From positions 1 to 49,465 of the forward strand of contig CAJAQL010000005.1 in the NCBI GenBank assembly GCA_903944135.1: a DNA stretch of 49,465 bases. The letters are read 5' to 3'. The stretch is from an uncultured Parcubacteria group bacterium. GTDB lineage: Bacteria > Patescibacteriota > Minisyncoccia > UBA6257 > 2-01-FULL-56-20. Under the pieces are notes generated by a model, which made no database searches, had not been told where the DNA came from, and saw only the letters and a program-made list of their open reading frames with translations. Made by a program: the position numbers and the translations under genes. Positions 16,845 through 26,072 of this stretch are shown piece by piece. The stretch's first letter is position 1. The number at the start of each line of letters is the position of its first letter.

Positions 16845-17573
16845 ATGTTTTTGCATAGAATCAAGAAAAATATAAAAATGAACAAAAGAAAAATAGGAAA
16901 GAAAAGGGGTTTTACCCTTATTGAATTACTGGTGGTTATCGCGATTATCGCGATTCTTTCGGTTGTGGTCGTTTTGACGTTGAATCCCGCAGAAATGCTG
17001 CGTCGGTCGCGCGATTCAAACCGCGCATCCGATCTTTCGATGATCAAAACATCGCTCAGCTTGTACCTTGCCGATGTTTCTTCGACAAACCTAGGAACGG
17101 CGGGAATTTGCTATGTGCAGCTTGCTCCTGGCGTGACTCATGCTGCAAACTGGGAATTCGCTTCGACTACGGCAAACGAAAATGGTGCGACGGTTACTGA
17201 TGCCATTACTAGTTCGGCAACGGAATGCGGAAATTGGTTCTCAACCGCCGGTGCTACGGTTGCGAACGCCACTTCTAGCCGTTCCGTTTCTGGAACGGGA
17301 TGGATTCCGGTTATTCTTACCAACATAAGTTCTGGAGCTCCGATCGGACAATGGCCAGCAGATCCAGCATTTTCTCTTGGGTCGAGCGGAACCGGAAATG
17401 CTTTTGCGGGTCACTTCTATTCCTACATTATGTCGAATACAAATAATGGATATAAGCTTGCCGCAAAGATGGAAAGTGCATTGTATTCGAACCAGGGTTC
17501 GAGTGATTTGGAATCGACCGATGGCGGCACCGATCTCAATATGTACGAACAAGGAACTACTCTCACGCTCTAA
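16845..17573 (+). CDS. type IV pilin-like protein
   Basis: KKRG|FTLIELLVVIAIIAILSVVVV class III signal. An alternative start is at 16878 (MNKRK). Confidence 0.75.
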   Translation: MFLHRIKKNIKMNKRKIGKKRGFTLIELLVVIAIIAILSVVVVLTLNPAEMLRRSRDSNRASDLSMIKTSLSLYLADVSSTNLGTAGICYVQLAPGVTHAANWEFASTTANENGATVTDAITSSATECGNWFSTAGATVANATSSRSVSGTGWIPVILTNISSGAPIGQWPADPAFSLGSSGTGNAFAGHFYSYIMSNTNNGYKLAAKMESALYSNQGSSDLESTDGGTDLNMYEQGTTLTL

Positions 17574-17594
17574 GCGGTCAAGGTTTCTTGTGAT

Positions 17595-17620
17595 GAAAAA
17601 CGCCCGCAAGGGCGTTTTTC
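17595..17620 (+). terminator. intrinsic terminator after the pilin gene
   Basis: GAAAAACGCCC gcaa GGGCGTTTTTC. Confidence 0.7.
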
Positions 17621-17640
17621 TGTTAGTATCTTTTATTTTT

Positions 17641-17762
17641 TGTCGTCCCCGTGAAAACGGGGACCCAGGTTCATCTCGAAAAATTCTGGATCCCCGCCTG
17701 CGCGGGGACGACAGAAAAAGATTTGGATCGCGGGTCATCCGCCTGCGCGGAGAATGGCGGAA
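17641..17762. repeat. repeat cluster (type I plus extra hairpin); its last 75 nt are identical to 18371-18445
   Basis: TGTCGTCCCCGTGAAAACGGGGACCCAGG..CTGGATCCCCGCCTGCGCGGGGACGACAG..GGGTCATCCGCCTGCGCGGAGAATGGCGG. Confidence 0.85.
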
Positions 17763-17780
17763 GAGTCAATTCATTTGTCG

Positions 17781-17789
17781 TGTTATTAT
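17781..17789 (+). promoter_or_regulatory. extended -10 box 6 nt upstream of the recO ATG
   Basis: TGtTATTAT, aacttc, ATG 17796. Confidence 0.45.
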
Positions 17790-17795
17790 AACTTC

Positions 17796-18296
17796 ATGGA
17801 AGAATACGTGACCGATGCGATCGTTTTGAAGAAGGAACCGTCAGGGGAGAGCGATATGCGCTACGCGCTTTTTTCTGAACGGTTCGGGAAGATCTCGGCG
17901 AAGGCGAAAAGCTCACGGCGCATCGTTTCGAAGCTCGCAGGGCATCTTGAACCGGGAACCGTGGCGAAAGTCCGGTTCATCGATAAAGGTTCCGCGCAGA
18001 TCGTGGATGCCCTGAAATCTTCGCGTGTCGATATTTCACCGGCAGATCTGAGGTTTTTGAACGATCTTTTGCCGGACCTGCAGGCCGATCCTGATCTTTG
18101 GATCCAGCTTACACGTCAGGCATTTTCATGGCGCGACATTCTTCGGACGCTTGGCTGGGATCCGCGCGGCGCGGTCTGTTCGCTCTGCGGTCGTAAAGCG
18201 ACATGGTTCTTCATTCCGCGCCAGGAATTCCTCTGCGATTCCTGTGTTTTAAAAATGGGGAAGAATAAGATATCATATATAAGAATAGAGGATTAA
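17796..18296 (+). CDS. recO: DNA repair protein RecO (short form)
   Basis: OB-fold N-terminus DAIVLKKEPSGESDMRYALFSERFGKISAKAKSSRR and zinc motif CSLCG...CDSC. The ORF opens at 17754, inside a repeat. Confidence 0.65.
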   Translation: MEEYVTDAIVLKKEPSGESDMRYALFSERFGKISAKAKSSRRIVSKLAGHLEPGTVAKVRFIDKGSAQIVDALKSSRVDISPADLRFLNDLLPDLQADPDLWIQLTRQAFSWRDILRTLGWDPRGAVCSLCGRKATWFFIPRQEFLCDSCVLKMGKNKISYIRIED

Positions 18297-18308
18297 GAAA
18301 ACATTTTT

Positions 18309-18445
18309 TGTCATGGTCCGCGGAGGCGGACGGCTCGTGCTTTCAGTTTTCTCTCTGTTTTTTAAGGCATGGATCCCCGCCTGCGCGGGGACGACAGAAA
18401 AAGATTTGGATCGCGGGTCATCCGCCTGCGCGGAGAATGGCGGAA
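18309..18445. repeat. repeat cluster (type II-like plus extra hairpin)
   Basis: TGTCATGGTCCGCGGAGGCGGACGGCTCGTGCTTT..AAGGCATGGATCCCCGCCTGCGCGGGGACGACAG..GGGTCATCCGCCTGCGCGGAGAATGGCGG. Confidence 0.85.
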
Positions 18446-18477
18446 AAATTTACGGAAATAGCAGAACAATTTTTATC

Positions 18478-20340
18478 ATGGAAGAATATAATCCGAACGC
18501 GGTTTGGACGAGCAAAAAGAAGAAGGTTGTTTACACACCTCCGGAGCCGATTCATCTTCCGTCAGTGGCTGATGGCGGACGTGGAAATGTGCCGCCTTCG
18601 GAAAACAAGGGTGGATCCGGAAAGAAGGTGGTGATCATCGCGATTATCATCGTTCTTCTTGGCGGTGCCGCCGGCGCATGGTTCTTTTTGAACCGACCGG
18701 TCGTTGCGCCCGCAGTCGGACTCGATTTCGCATCGGAGAATCAGATCGCGGCCGGAGCAACGACCACTTTTTCGGTGCTTTACACGAACAGCTCGACGGT
18801 GGCATTGCGCAATGCATCGCTCGTGATCTCTTTGCCGGATGGCGTATTTTTCTCGGGACAGCCCGACAGCGAGCGGACAGCCACGATCGCGCTTGGCGAC
18901 GTCGCGGCCGGCGCGGCCGGAAAAGAGGACGTGACGATCCTTGGGACGTCTGCGGCCGGAAGCGTCGTGCAGGTAAGCTCGACGTTATCCTATGCGACCG
19001 ATGCATCGCGCGGCGTTTTGTTCACGACCTCAAAGGAATCCAGCCTGGCGATCGGTACGCCGGTCATCGATCTCGCCATTTCACCTCCTTCCAATGTTTT
19101 TGCGGGGCAGGATTTCACGACGAAGGTGTCTTATGAAAATGCGACGGATCATCCGATCGACGGAGTGAAGATCACCATGCAATATCCTGATGGATTTGCA
19201 TTCACGGAGGCGTCGCCGATACCCGCGTTTCCGGGCGACACGATCTGGAACATCGGCACGGTTCCTGCGGGCGGCGGAGGAACGATCCTTATTACGGGAT
19301 CGATGACCGGCAAAAATACGGCGCTCTATTCGCTTTCGGGAACAGCAGAGGAAAGCATTGCGGGGACATCTTATCCGGTTGCGGCGGTTGCGGCGAATGT
19401 CTCGATCACGGCAACGCCGCTTACGATCGGCGCGGTCGTGAATAATACGCCCGACTATGTTGCGGAGCTCGACGATAATCTTGACTATAAGATCACCTAC
19501 GCGAATCTATCGAACACCACGTTCCAGAATGTCGCGATCACGGCGACGTTCGCGGGCGCGATGTTCGATCAAAGTTCCGTGGATAGCGTCGGCGCGTATA
19601 ATTCGCTCACGAATACGCTTACCTGGTACGCCGCAAATACCCCTTCGCTCACATCGGTCGCACCGGGCGGGAAAGGTTCGGTCGAGTTTCGCATCAAAAC
19701 AAAACCATCGTTCCCGATCGCATCGGCTGCGGACAAGGACTTTGCGCTCGGACTGCATCTTGCGATAAGTTCTCCGACTGTTCCTGCGGGTACAGCGGCA
19801 AGCTCGACATCGGCGTCGATGGACGTCACGAACAAAGTCAACGGCGCGATCGCCATTGATGCCGCCGGATATCGCTATGAACCAGGATCGGGCATCGCGA
19901 ACTCAGGCCCCTATCCACCGCAGGTGAACCAGGAAACGCTCTATACCGTTCATTGGCGCGTGACAGATTATTCGACCGATGTGAGCGGCGTGAGTGTCTC
20001 CGCATATCTGCAATCCGGTGCGACATGCACCGGGAAGGTGATGAGTACGATTGCGGCGGTACCGGTTTGCAATGCCGCAACCGGAGAAGTGACATGGGAC
20101 ATCCCGAGCATCTCCGCCGGAACCGGCGTTTTGGGCGCTCCGGCCGAAGCTGTTTTTCAGGTCGAGAACATGCCCGCCGCGAACCAGGTTGGGAAAGTAG
20201 TGACGCTTCTCGGGAAAACATCGCTTACCGCGACCGATGAATTTACGGGTGGCGCGCTTACCGCATCGGCGAATTCCGTTGGAACCGATATTCCGGAAGA
20301 TACCGCCGTGACGACGAATGAACGGAACGTGACAAAATGA
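18478..20340 (+). CDS. membrane-anchored surface protein with repeated beta-sandwich-like (DUF11/CARDB-like) segments
   Basis: Start taken at MEEYNPNAVW. One TM segment (VVIIAIIIVLLGGAAGAWFF), then repeated segments of the pattern ..Y.N.S..... V.I...LP.G..F. The upstream part of the ORF (18313-18477) is repeat sequence. Confidence 0.55.
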   Translation: MEEYNPNAVWTSKKKKVVYTPPEPIHLPSVADGGRGNVPPSENKGGSGKKVVIIAIIIVLLGGAAGAWFFLNRPVVAPAVGLDFASENQIAAGATTTFSVLYTNSSTVALRNASLVISLPDGVFFSGQPDSERTATIALGDVAAGAAGKEDVTILGTSAAGSVVQVSSTLSYATDASRGVLFTTSKESSLAIGTPVIDLAISPPSNVFAGQDFTTKVSYENATDHPIDGVKITMQYPDGFAFTEASPIPAFPGDTIWNIGTVPAGGGGTILITGSMTGKNTALYSLSGTAEESIAGTSYPVAAVAANVSITATPLTIGAVVNNTPDYVAELDDNLDYKITYANLSNTTFQNVAITATFAGAMFDQSSVDSVGAYNSLTNTLTWYAANTPSLTSVAPGGKGSVEFRIKTKPSFPIASAADKDFALGLHLAISSPTVPAGTAASSTSASMDVTNKVNGAIAIDAAGYRYEPGSGIANSGPYPPQVNQETLYTVHWRVTDYSTDVSGVSVSAYLQSGATCTGKVMSTIAAVPVCNAATGEVTWDIPSISAGTGVLGAPAEAVFQVENMPAANQVGKVVTLLGKTSLTATDEFTGGALTASANSVGTDIPEDTAVTTNERNVTK

Positions 20341-20365
20341 GGTTGAACCTCGCTGTTTGTCCCAT

Positions 20366-20478
20366 TGTCGCGGTCCCGGGAGCGGGACCATCCGTGCTTC
20401 CAGTTTTTCCTTCTCTTTTTACAAAGCACGGACCCTCCGTCTTCACGGAGGGCGACAAAAAATACAGGAGGATGACGG
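20366..20478. repeat. GC-rich palindromic repeat, type II
   Basis: TTGTCGCGGTCCCGGGAGCGGGACCATCCGTGCTTCC..CAAAGCACGGACCCTCCGTCTTCACGGAGGGCGACAAAA. Confidence 0.85.
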
Positions 20479-20541
20479 AAAATGAGCTAAATTTTATCGT
20501 TGCGATTGCAAATATCTTTTAAGTACGCTTTAATCTTTCAT

Positions 20542-21924
20542 ATGGCAGACCAACAGCAACAGGGGGGGGTATCAATGGAAAAAATAGTGAGCTTGTGTCG
20601 TCGGCGCGGATTCGTGTTTCCGTCAAGCGAGATCTATGGCGGTTTTGCGGCAACGTACGACTTCGGGCCGCTCGGATTCCTTTTGAAGAAGAACATTGAA
20701 AAAGTATGGCGTGCATGGAACGTGGAATCGCGGGATGACATGGTGGAGATCGAAGGTGCGATCTTCATGCATCCGAAAGTATGGGAGGCGTCCGGTCATG
20801 TGGGCGGTTTCTCCGATCTTCTCGTCGAGGATCTTGTGACGCATAAGCGTTATCGTGCGGACCATCTGATCGAGGATGCGAAGATCTTGGAGAATGCCGG
20901 CGCGCTCAAGGTGGAAGAGGTGGATACGATCATCAAAGAGCATAATTTAAAGAGTCCCGATGGCAATCCGCTTTCACCGGCGAAACGCTTCAATCTGCTC
21001 GTAAAGACCCATCTTGGCCCCGTCGAAGATGAGGCGTCGGTCGTCTATCTGAAAGGGGAGAGCTGTCAGAACATTTATGTCGATTGGAAGCCGGTTCTCG
21101 AGACAACGCATCGCAAACTGCCGTTCGGTATCGCGCAGATCGGCAAGGCGTTCCGCAACGAGATCACGGTGAAGAACTTCATTTTCCGCACGCGCGAGTT
21201 CGAGCAGATGGATGTGCAGTATTTCTGCAAGCCGGATGAAGCGGATCAGTGGTATGAGTATTGGAAAAAGAACCGGCAGGATTTTTATACGCAGGCCATG
21301 GGATTCTCGCCGGATGACATCAAGTGGCGACAGCACGATCCCGATGAGCGGGCGTTCTACGCGAAGGACGCATGGGATGTGCAATACAAGTTCGGCGAGA
21401 TCGGGTTTCAGGAGGTTGAGGGCGTGCATCATCGCGGCAACTACGATTTGACCCAGCATCAGAAATTTTCCGGCACCGACCTTTCCTATTTTGATGAAGC
21501 GTCCGGCGAACGGTTCCTTCCGTATATCATCGAGTGTTCCGGCGGATTTAACCGTTTGTTCCTTGCGTCGATGTTCGAGTTCTATCGGGAAGACGGCGAC
21601 CGGAAGATACTAGGCTTCCCGCCGAAACTTGCGCCGTACAAGGCGGCGGTTTTCCCGCTTCTGCGCAACAAGGAAGATCTCGTGAAAAAAGCACGCGAAG
21701 TCTATGAGGGTCTGCATAAGAAATTCATGGTTGCGTGGGATGATCGCGGCAATATCGGCAAGCGCTATTATTCGCAGGATGAGATCGGTACGCCGTATTG
21801 CATCACGATTGATTTCGATACGCTGGAAAAGGGCGACGTGACCGTCCGCGACCGCGATACCGCGGCGCAGGAACGGGTGAAGATAGAAGATCTGGAAGCA
21901 TTTATTGCGAAAAAATTGGAATAA
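20542..21924 (+). CDS. glyQS: glycine--tRNA ligase (class II, single-chain alpha2 type)
   Basis: MEKIVSLCRRRGFVFPSSEIYGGFAATYDFGPLG, FRNEITVKNFIFRTREFEQMDVQYF, and a C-terminal anticodon-binding domain. The start is either 20542 or 20575. Confidence 0.9.
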   Translation: MADQQQQGGVSMEKIVSLCRRRGFVFPSSEIYGGFAATYDFGPLGFLLKKNIEKVWRAWNVESRDDMVEIEGAIFMHPKVWEASGHVGGFSDLLVEDLVTHKRYRADHLIEDAKILENAGALKVEEVDTIIKEHNLKSPDGNPLSPAKRFNLLVKTHLGPVEDEASVVYLKGESCQNIYVDWKPVLETTHRKLPFGIAQIGKAFRNEITVKNFIFRTREFEQMDVQYFCKPDEADQWYEYWKKNRQDFYTQAMGFSPDDIKWRQHDPDERAFYAKDAWDVQYKFGEIGFQEVEGVHHRGNYDLTQHQKFSGTDLSYFDEASGERFLPYIIECSGGFNRLFLASMFEFYREDGDRKILGFPPKLAPYKAAVFPLLRNKEDLVKKAREVYEGLHKKFMVAWDDRGNIGKRYYSQDEIGTPYCITIDFDTLEKGDVTVRDRDTAAQERVKIEDLEAFIAKKLE

Positions 21925-21932
21925 ATATTTTT

Positions 21933-21998
21933 CTGTCGTCCCGGCGGAAACCGGGATCCAGGTTTTTTCTCTGGATCCCGTTTTATAACGGGATGACA
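21933..21998. repeat. GC-rich palindromic repeat, type I
   Basis: CTGTCGTCCCGGCGGAAACCGGGATCCAGG..CTGGATCCCGTTTTATAACGGGATGACAAC. Confidence 0.85.
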
Positions 21999-22006
21999 AC
22001 ATAAAC

Positions 22007-23305
22007 ATGAAATTCGTAATTACCGGCGGTAAGCCATTGAATGGGGAAATAACGCTCGCGGGAGCGAAGAACGCGGTTTCGAAGGTGATGGTAGCATCCT
22101 TGTTGACGGACGAGCCGTGCGTGTTCAAAAATTTTCCTGCGATCGGTGAAGTGGACATCATTAAGGAGTTGCTTATGACCATCGGCAGTAAAGTGGATAT
22201 TTTCGGCTCAACCGCAAAGATCCATACGCCGAAAATAGAGAACAGCCGCGTGCTTCAGCTCACGCGGCGGAACCGCATACCGATCCTGGCCTTGGGTCCG
22301 CTCCTTGCGCGCGCGGGCGAGGCGGAAGTGCCGGTTCTGGGCGGCGATCAGATCGGTGCACGGCCGGTCGATATCCACCTTGAAGCGCTCGCAAAGCTCG
22401 GCGCGAAATTGCAGATCACGAAGAACAGCTATCATGCATGGGCGCCGGACGGATTGCACGGCGCAAACATCGAGCTGCGGTTCCCGAGCGTGGGAGCCAC
22501 CGAAAACGCCATTCTTGCGGCGGTCCTTGCACATGGAAAAACGGTCATTAAAAATGCCGCATCGGAGCCGGAGATCATCGATCTCATCAAGATGCTGCAG
22601 AATATGGGCGCGATCATTGAGCTTTCCCCGCCGCGCACGATTACGATCGAAGGCGTGAAGAAACTGCGCGGTGTGACGCATCGCATCCTGCCGGATCGCA
22701 ATGAAGCGGTTTCGTTCGCATGCCTTGCGATCGCAACGCGCGGAAAAATTTTAGTGAAAGGTGCGATCCAGGACCATTTGATAACATTCCTGAACGTGGT
22801 GCGCCGCATGGGTGCGGAATATGAAGTAGGGGATGAGGGGATCACGTTTTGGGTTCCCAACGGGAAGCTGAATCGCGTTTTCATTACGACTGACGTGCAT
22901 CCGGGGTTCATGACGGATTGGCAACAGCCGCTCGTGGTCTGCATGACGCAGGCCGAGGGTGTATCGTCCATCCATGAGACGATCTATGAGGATCGGTTCG
23001 GGTATGCCAATGACCTGAGCGAGATGGGCGCGAAGATCCATGTCGTGCCGGATTGTCCGGACGACGAAAAATGCCGCTTTGCGGGACGGGGACTGTACCA
23101 CTATGCCGTGATCGAAGGTCCGACCAAGCTCCATGCCGCCGAGCTGAAAACGCGCGACTTGCGTTCGGGTATGCTTGATATCATAGCGGCTTTAACGGCC
23201 GAAGGGACATCGGAAATCGAAGGCGTCGATGAAATCGACCGCGGCTACGAACGCATCGATGAACGTCTCCGTGCCCTCGGCGCCGATATCGAACGGGTGA
23301 GATAG
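22007..23305 (+). CDS. murA: UDP-N-acetylglucosamine 1-carboxyvinyltransferase
   Basis: MKFVITGGKPLNGEITLAGAKNA..., full-length EPSP-synthase fold pattern, C-terminal ERIDERLRALGADIERV. Confidence 0.92.
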   Translation: MKFVITGGKPLNGEITLAGAKNAVSKVMVASLLTDEPCVFKNFPAIGEVDIIKELLMTIGSKVDIFGSTAKIHTPKIENSRVLQLTRRNRIPILALGPLLARAGEAEVPVLGGDQIGARPVDIHLEALAKLGAKLQITKNSYHAWAPDGLHGANIELRFPSVGATENAILAAVLAHGKTVIKNAASEPEIIDLIKMLQNMGAIIELSPPRTITIEGVKKLRGVTHRILPDRNEAVSFACLAIATRGKILVKGAIQDHLITFLNVVRRMGAEYEVGDEGITFWVPNGKLNRVFITTDVHPGFMTDWQQPLVVCMTQAEGVSSIHETIYEDRFGYANDLSEMGAKIHVVPDCPDDEKCRFAGRGLYHYAVIEGPTKLHAAELKTRDLRSGMLDIIAALTAEGTSEIEGVDEIDRGYERIDERLRALGADIERVR

Positions 23306-23332
23306 AACCTATCTCCAGAATATCCATCCGGC
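23305..23332. repeat. half-copy of the CCTATCTCAAAAA family
   Basis: GAACCTATCTCCAGAATATCCATCCGGC, directly at the murA stop. Compare 33131-33158. Confidence 0.55.
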
Positions 23333-23351
23333 TTTCGCGGTCAAATATGAT

Positions 23352-24038
23352 CTAATGATTTTTTAATGCGTGAAACGGTGATGTTTTCTGCCAATATTTG
23401 TAATGAATGGCGCTTTCCTTTTTTATTTCTGCTCCGATATTTGGAGGGGTTATTTTAGGAAACCGACCGAAATAATATTTCCAGATTTCTTCTTGGGAGG
23501 GGTCTTTTAAAAGAAACTTAACATGGTGCCAATGGATGCTTTGGAGAAAAACCGCGACGGTCGGATCCGGTTTGTCTTTATAATTTTTCAAGACAGAGCG
23601 GATATAGCCCGCCATTTTTCTTTCTCGCAGGTAGCAATGCACCCAGAAAAGTAGATGTTTTCTTTGCAGATCGTAGGTGAGTCCGCGAGCGAGTTTGAAA
23701 TAATCCCGTCGGAGTTCATCTTGGCCATCAATATTAAAAAGAAGGACGTTATGACCATTCCGCCAGAGTTTTTCTATGCTTTCCCAGACATAAAAATCGG
23801 ACATTGCATAAGGAAATTTTCTTGCAGTGGTTTTAAGAGAACGTTTTATTCGTTTAACCTCTTTGCATGGCTTTTTGTCCGGGGCGTATCGGTTGAAAAT
23901 AAGCGAAGGTTTTCCTTTTTTCGCCGGTAACTCGAAAAAAATAATATCCGGCTGATATTCTGATACGACATTCGCTTGCCGCAGATCGGTTCGATTTCCC
24001 TCGATGCAATTTTTCTGAATAAATCGCGGTTTCATCAA
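23352..24038 (-). CDS. hypothetical protein (228 aa), AT-rich, translationally coupled to recR
   Basis: The start overlaps the recR stop (ATGA at 24035-24038). Composition is clearly more AT-rich than the neighbouring genes. No recognisable motif. Confidence 0.55.
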   Translation of the reverse strand: MMKPRFIQKNCIEGNRTDLRQANVVSEYQPDIIFFELPAKKGKPSLIFNRYAPDKKPCKEVKRIKRSLKTTARKFPYAMSDFYVWESIEKLWRNGHNVLLFNIDGQDELRRDYFKLARGLTYDLQRKHLLFWVHCYLRERKMAGYIRSVLKNYKDKPDPTVAVFLQSIHWHHVKFLLKDPSQEEIWKYYFGRFPKITPPNIGAEIKKESAIHYKYWQKTSPFHALKNH

Positions 24039-24640
24039 TTCCTTCTCTCGAGCGCGGAGCCGAGGGTCTCGTCATCGGCGAACTCGATCTCGCCGCCGGT
24101 CGGCAGGCCGCGGCCGAGCCGACTCATTTTTTCGGTGAACGGCGCAAGCTCTTTCATGAGCGTTGCCGCCTGGAAATCGCCGAGCGAGCTCGGATTGAAT
24201 GCGAAGATGATCTCGCGCGCTTTGCCTTTTAAGTCCTGTTTGATGGTTTTTTTGAGACTCTCTATCCGGTCTCTCTGTCCGTTTTCGAGAAATCCGGTCT
24301 TTGGGATGGGGCCGGTGATGAAATAGCGGCCGGTGAATTTCTTGGTGTTTTCAAGAGAAATGAGATCGGTTTCTTTTTCGACGATCATAATGACGTTTTG
24401 ATTGCGGTTCGGGTTGCCGCAGATATCGCAAAGATCACCGGCGTTCTGGTGCGGGAAGAAGCAATGCTTGCAGATCTTCAGTCTGCGGAGGTTATTGATG
24501 TTCACGGCGAGTTTGTGGACATCCTCGGTCTTTTCTCCGATGAGATAAAAAGCAAGACGAATGGCCTGTCGGGGCCCGATGGATGGCAGATTCGACAGCT
24601 CGTCGGCAACGTTCTGGATCGGTTCGGGAAGCTTCATCAT
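24035..24640 (-). CDS. recR: recombination protein RecR
   Basis: LSNLPSIGPRQAIRLAFYL (HhH), zinc finger CKHCFF...CDICGNP, and a Toprim segment IMIVEKETDLISLE. Confidence 0.9.
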   Translation of the reverse strand: MMKLPEPIQNVADELSNLPSIGPRQAIRLAFYLIGEKTEDVHKLAVNINNLRRLKICKHCFFPHQNAGDLCDICGNPNRNQNVIMIVEKETDLISLENTKKFTGRYFITGPIPKTGFLENGQRDRIESLKKTIKQDLKGKAREIIFAFNPSSLGDFQAATLMKELAPFTEKMSRLGRGLPTGGEIEFADDETLGSALERRN

Positions 24641-24646
24641 GGGGTT

Positions 24647-24655
24647 ATTTTAGCA
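24647..24655 (-). promoter_or_regulatory. extended -10 box 6 nt upstream of the recR ATG
   Basis: Minus strand reads TGcTAAAAT, aacccc, ATG. Confidence 0.5.
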
Positions 24656-24663
24656 TGTTTCAT

Positions 24664-24780
24664 GCGTCATTCCGAGAGTGTTTAAATCGCGTCATCCTCG
24701 GGCCTGGCCCGAGGGACCCGTGCTTAAGGTTTAAGAAAAAGCAAAGAAGCACGGATACTCCGCCTTCGCGGAGGATGACG
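24664..24780. repeat. repeat locus (type III fragment plus type II)
   Basis: GCGTCATTCCGAGAG.., then GCGTCATCCTCGGGCCTGGCCCGAGGGACCCGTGCTT..GAAGCACGGATACTCCGCCTTCGCGGAGGATGACG. Confidence 0.85.
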
Positions 24781-24786
24781 TATAAT

Positions 24787-26001
24787 ATGGCTATGATCCA
24801 GCGCGGCGTTGCTTCTTTCGGACTTGATTACGGCCATTGCCCGCCATGGCTTTTCGAGCGCATGGTGAAGCTGGGCCGTGAGATGATCGAGGTGCTTATT
24901 GCGGAATATGGGCCGGATGAATTCATCCGGCGCATCGCGGATCCTGTCTGGTTCCAATCCTTGGGTACGGTTCTGGCCTTCGACTGGAATGCGTCCGGCC
25001 TTACCACCATCCTTACGGCGGCACTCAAGGAAGCGATTCGCGGGCAGGAAAAAGATCTCGGCATTTTCATCTGCGGCGGTAAGGGGAAGACTTCGCGCAA
25101 AACGCCGGATGAGATCCAGGAATGGGGTGCGCGGCTTGCTCTGCCTGGCGCGCAAGCCGACAATCTTGTCTATAATTCAAAAATGAGCGCAAAAGTGGAC
25201 AGCGCGCTCGTGCAGGATGGATTCCAGCTTTATCATCACAGTTTTTTCTTTTCCCTTCGAAAAAATCCACCTGCTGTTTCTGGCGCTGGTTCAGGGCGAG
25301 CGCAAATCGGAGCGTGGGCCGTAGTTCAGCAGGGGATGAACGTGGAAAAGGGTTCGGCGCGGCGGTATCACTGGTTCTCGGAAGATATCACGGACCTGAT
25401 CAGCGAACCGCATTCCGGCATCTCGTCGCAGGCGGTTCTGAAAACGGTGCTTGACATGACGTCGCACCGGAGCGAGAAGTCGCGTGAGATCTCGACCGAG
25501 CTTACGCAAGCGGGCTATGCGCCGCTCATGAAGGACATCAATCTGCTCAGAAAATATTCGACGCCCTTGTCGCAGATGGCGAAATTCGGCGATCACCATG
25601 GACGACAGCTCACCTTGTTGAATCTCGAATCCCGTGAGTTCAAGAGCCATCCCGTGATCTACGATGACTTTTCAAAAAGCAAATATTTAGAGAAAGTGCT
25701 TGCGACCGTGGCGGATCAGAAGCCGAAAACGTACGAGGAATTCGTCGCCATGAAAGGCGTCGGGCCGAAGACCGTGCGTGCGCTCGCGCTCGTTGGCGAG
25801 GTTATCTACGGCGCTTCGCCGTCCTATGAAGATCCGGCCCGCTACAGTTTTGCGCATGGCGGCAAGGATGCGACGCCGTATCCGGTCGATCGCGAAACCT
25901 ATGACCAGACAATCGCTATTTTGAGCCGCGCCGTGCAAAAAACGCATTTGTCGCAGAGTGAAAAGCAGAAAGCGATCGGAAGGCTTCTTTTGTCATCCTG
26001 A
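24787..26001 (+). CDS. DUF763-like protein with a C-terminal helix-hairpin-helix
   Basis: GLDYGHCPPWLFERMVKLGREM...DPVWFQSLGTVLAFDWNASGLTT resembles DUF763. HhH motif: VAMKGVGPKTVRALALVG. TATAAT at 24781-24786 abuts ATG 24787, and a second ATG at 24793 is 6 nt downstream. Confidence 0.65.
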   Translation: MAMIQRGVASFGLDYGHCPPWLFERMVKLGREMIEVLIAEYGPDEFIRRIADPVWFQSLGTVLAFDWNASGLTTILTAALKEAIRGQEKDLGIFICGGKGKTSRKTPDEIQEWGARLALPGAQADNLVYNSKMSAKVDSALVQDGFQLYHHSFFFSLRKNPPAVSGAGSGRAQIGAWAVVQQGMNVEKGSARRYHWFSEDITDLISEPHSGISSQAVLKTVLDMTSHRSEKSREISTELTQAGYAPLMKDINLLRKYSTPLSQMAKFGDHHGRQLTLLNLESREFKSHPVIYDDFSKSKYLEKVLATVADQKPKTYEEFVAMKGVGPKTVRALALVGEVIYGASPSYEDPARYSFAHGGKDATPYPVDRETYDQTIAILSRAVQKTHLSQSEKQKAIGRLLLSS

Positions 26002-26072
26002 GTTCTGCTGTGTTACCTTGTATCGCATGAAGAACATAGAGAGATCCATTGCGGGACCCGGCATGAAACTTT

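Noticed and set aside
18313-18477. N-terminal extensions of ORFs that read through repeat units (18313-18477, 24583-24786, 13607-13822, 36025-36075, 17754-17795, 45250-45297)
   Set aside because: The extensions translate repeats into Arg/Gly/Asp/Pro-rich peptides of the DPRLRGDD type. Conserved protein N-termini, and often a -10 box 6-7 nt upstream, mark downstream ATGs as the real starts.
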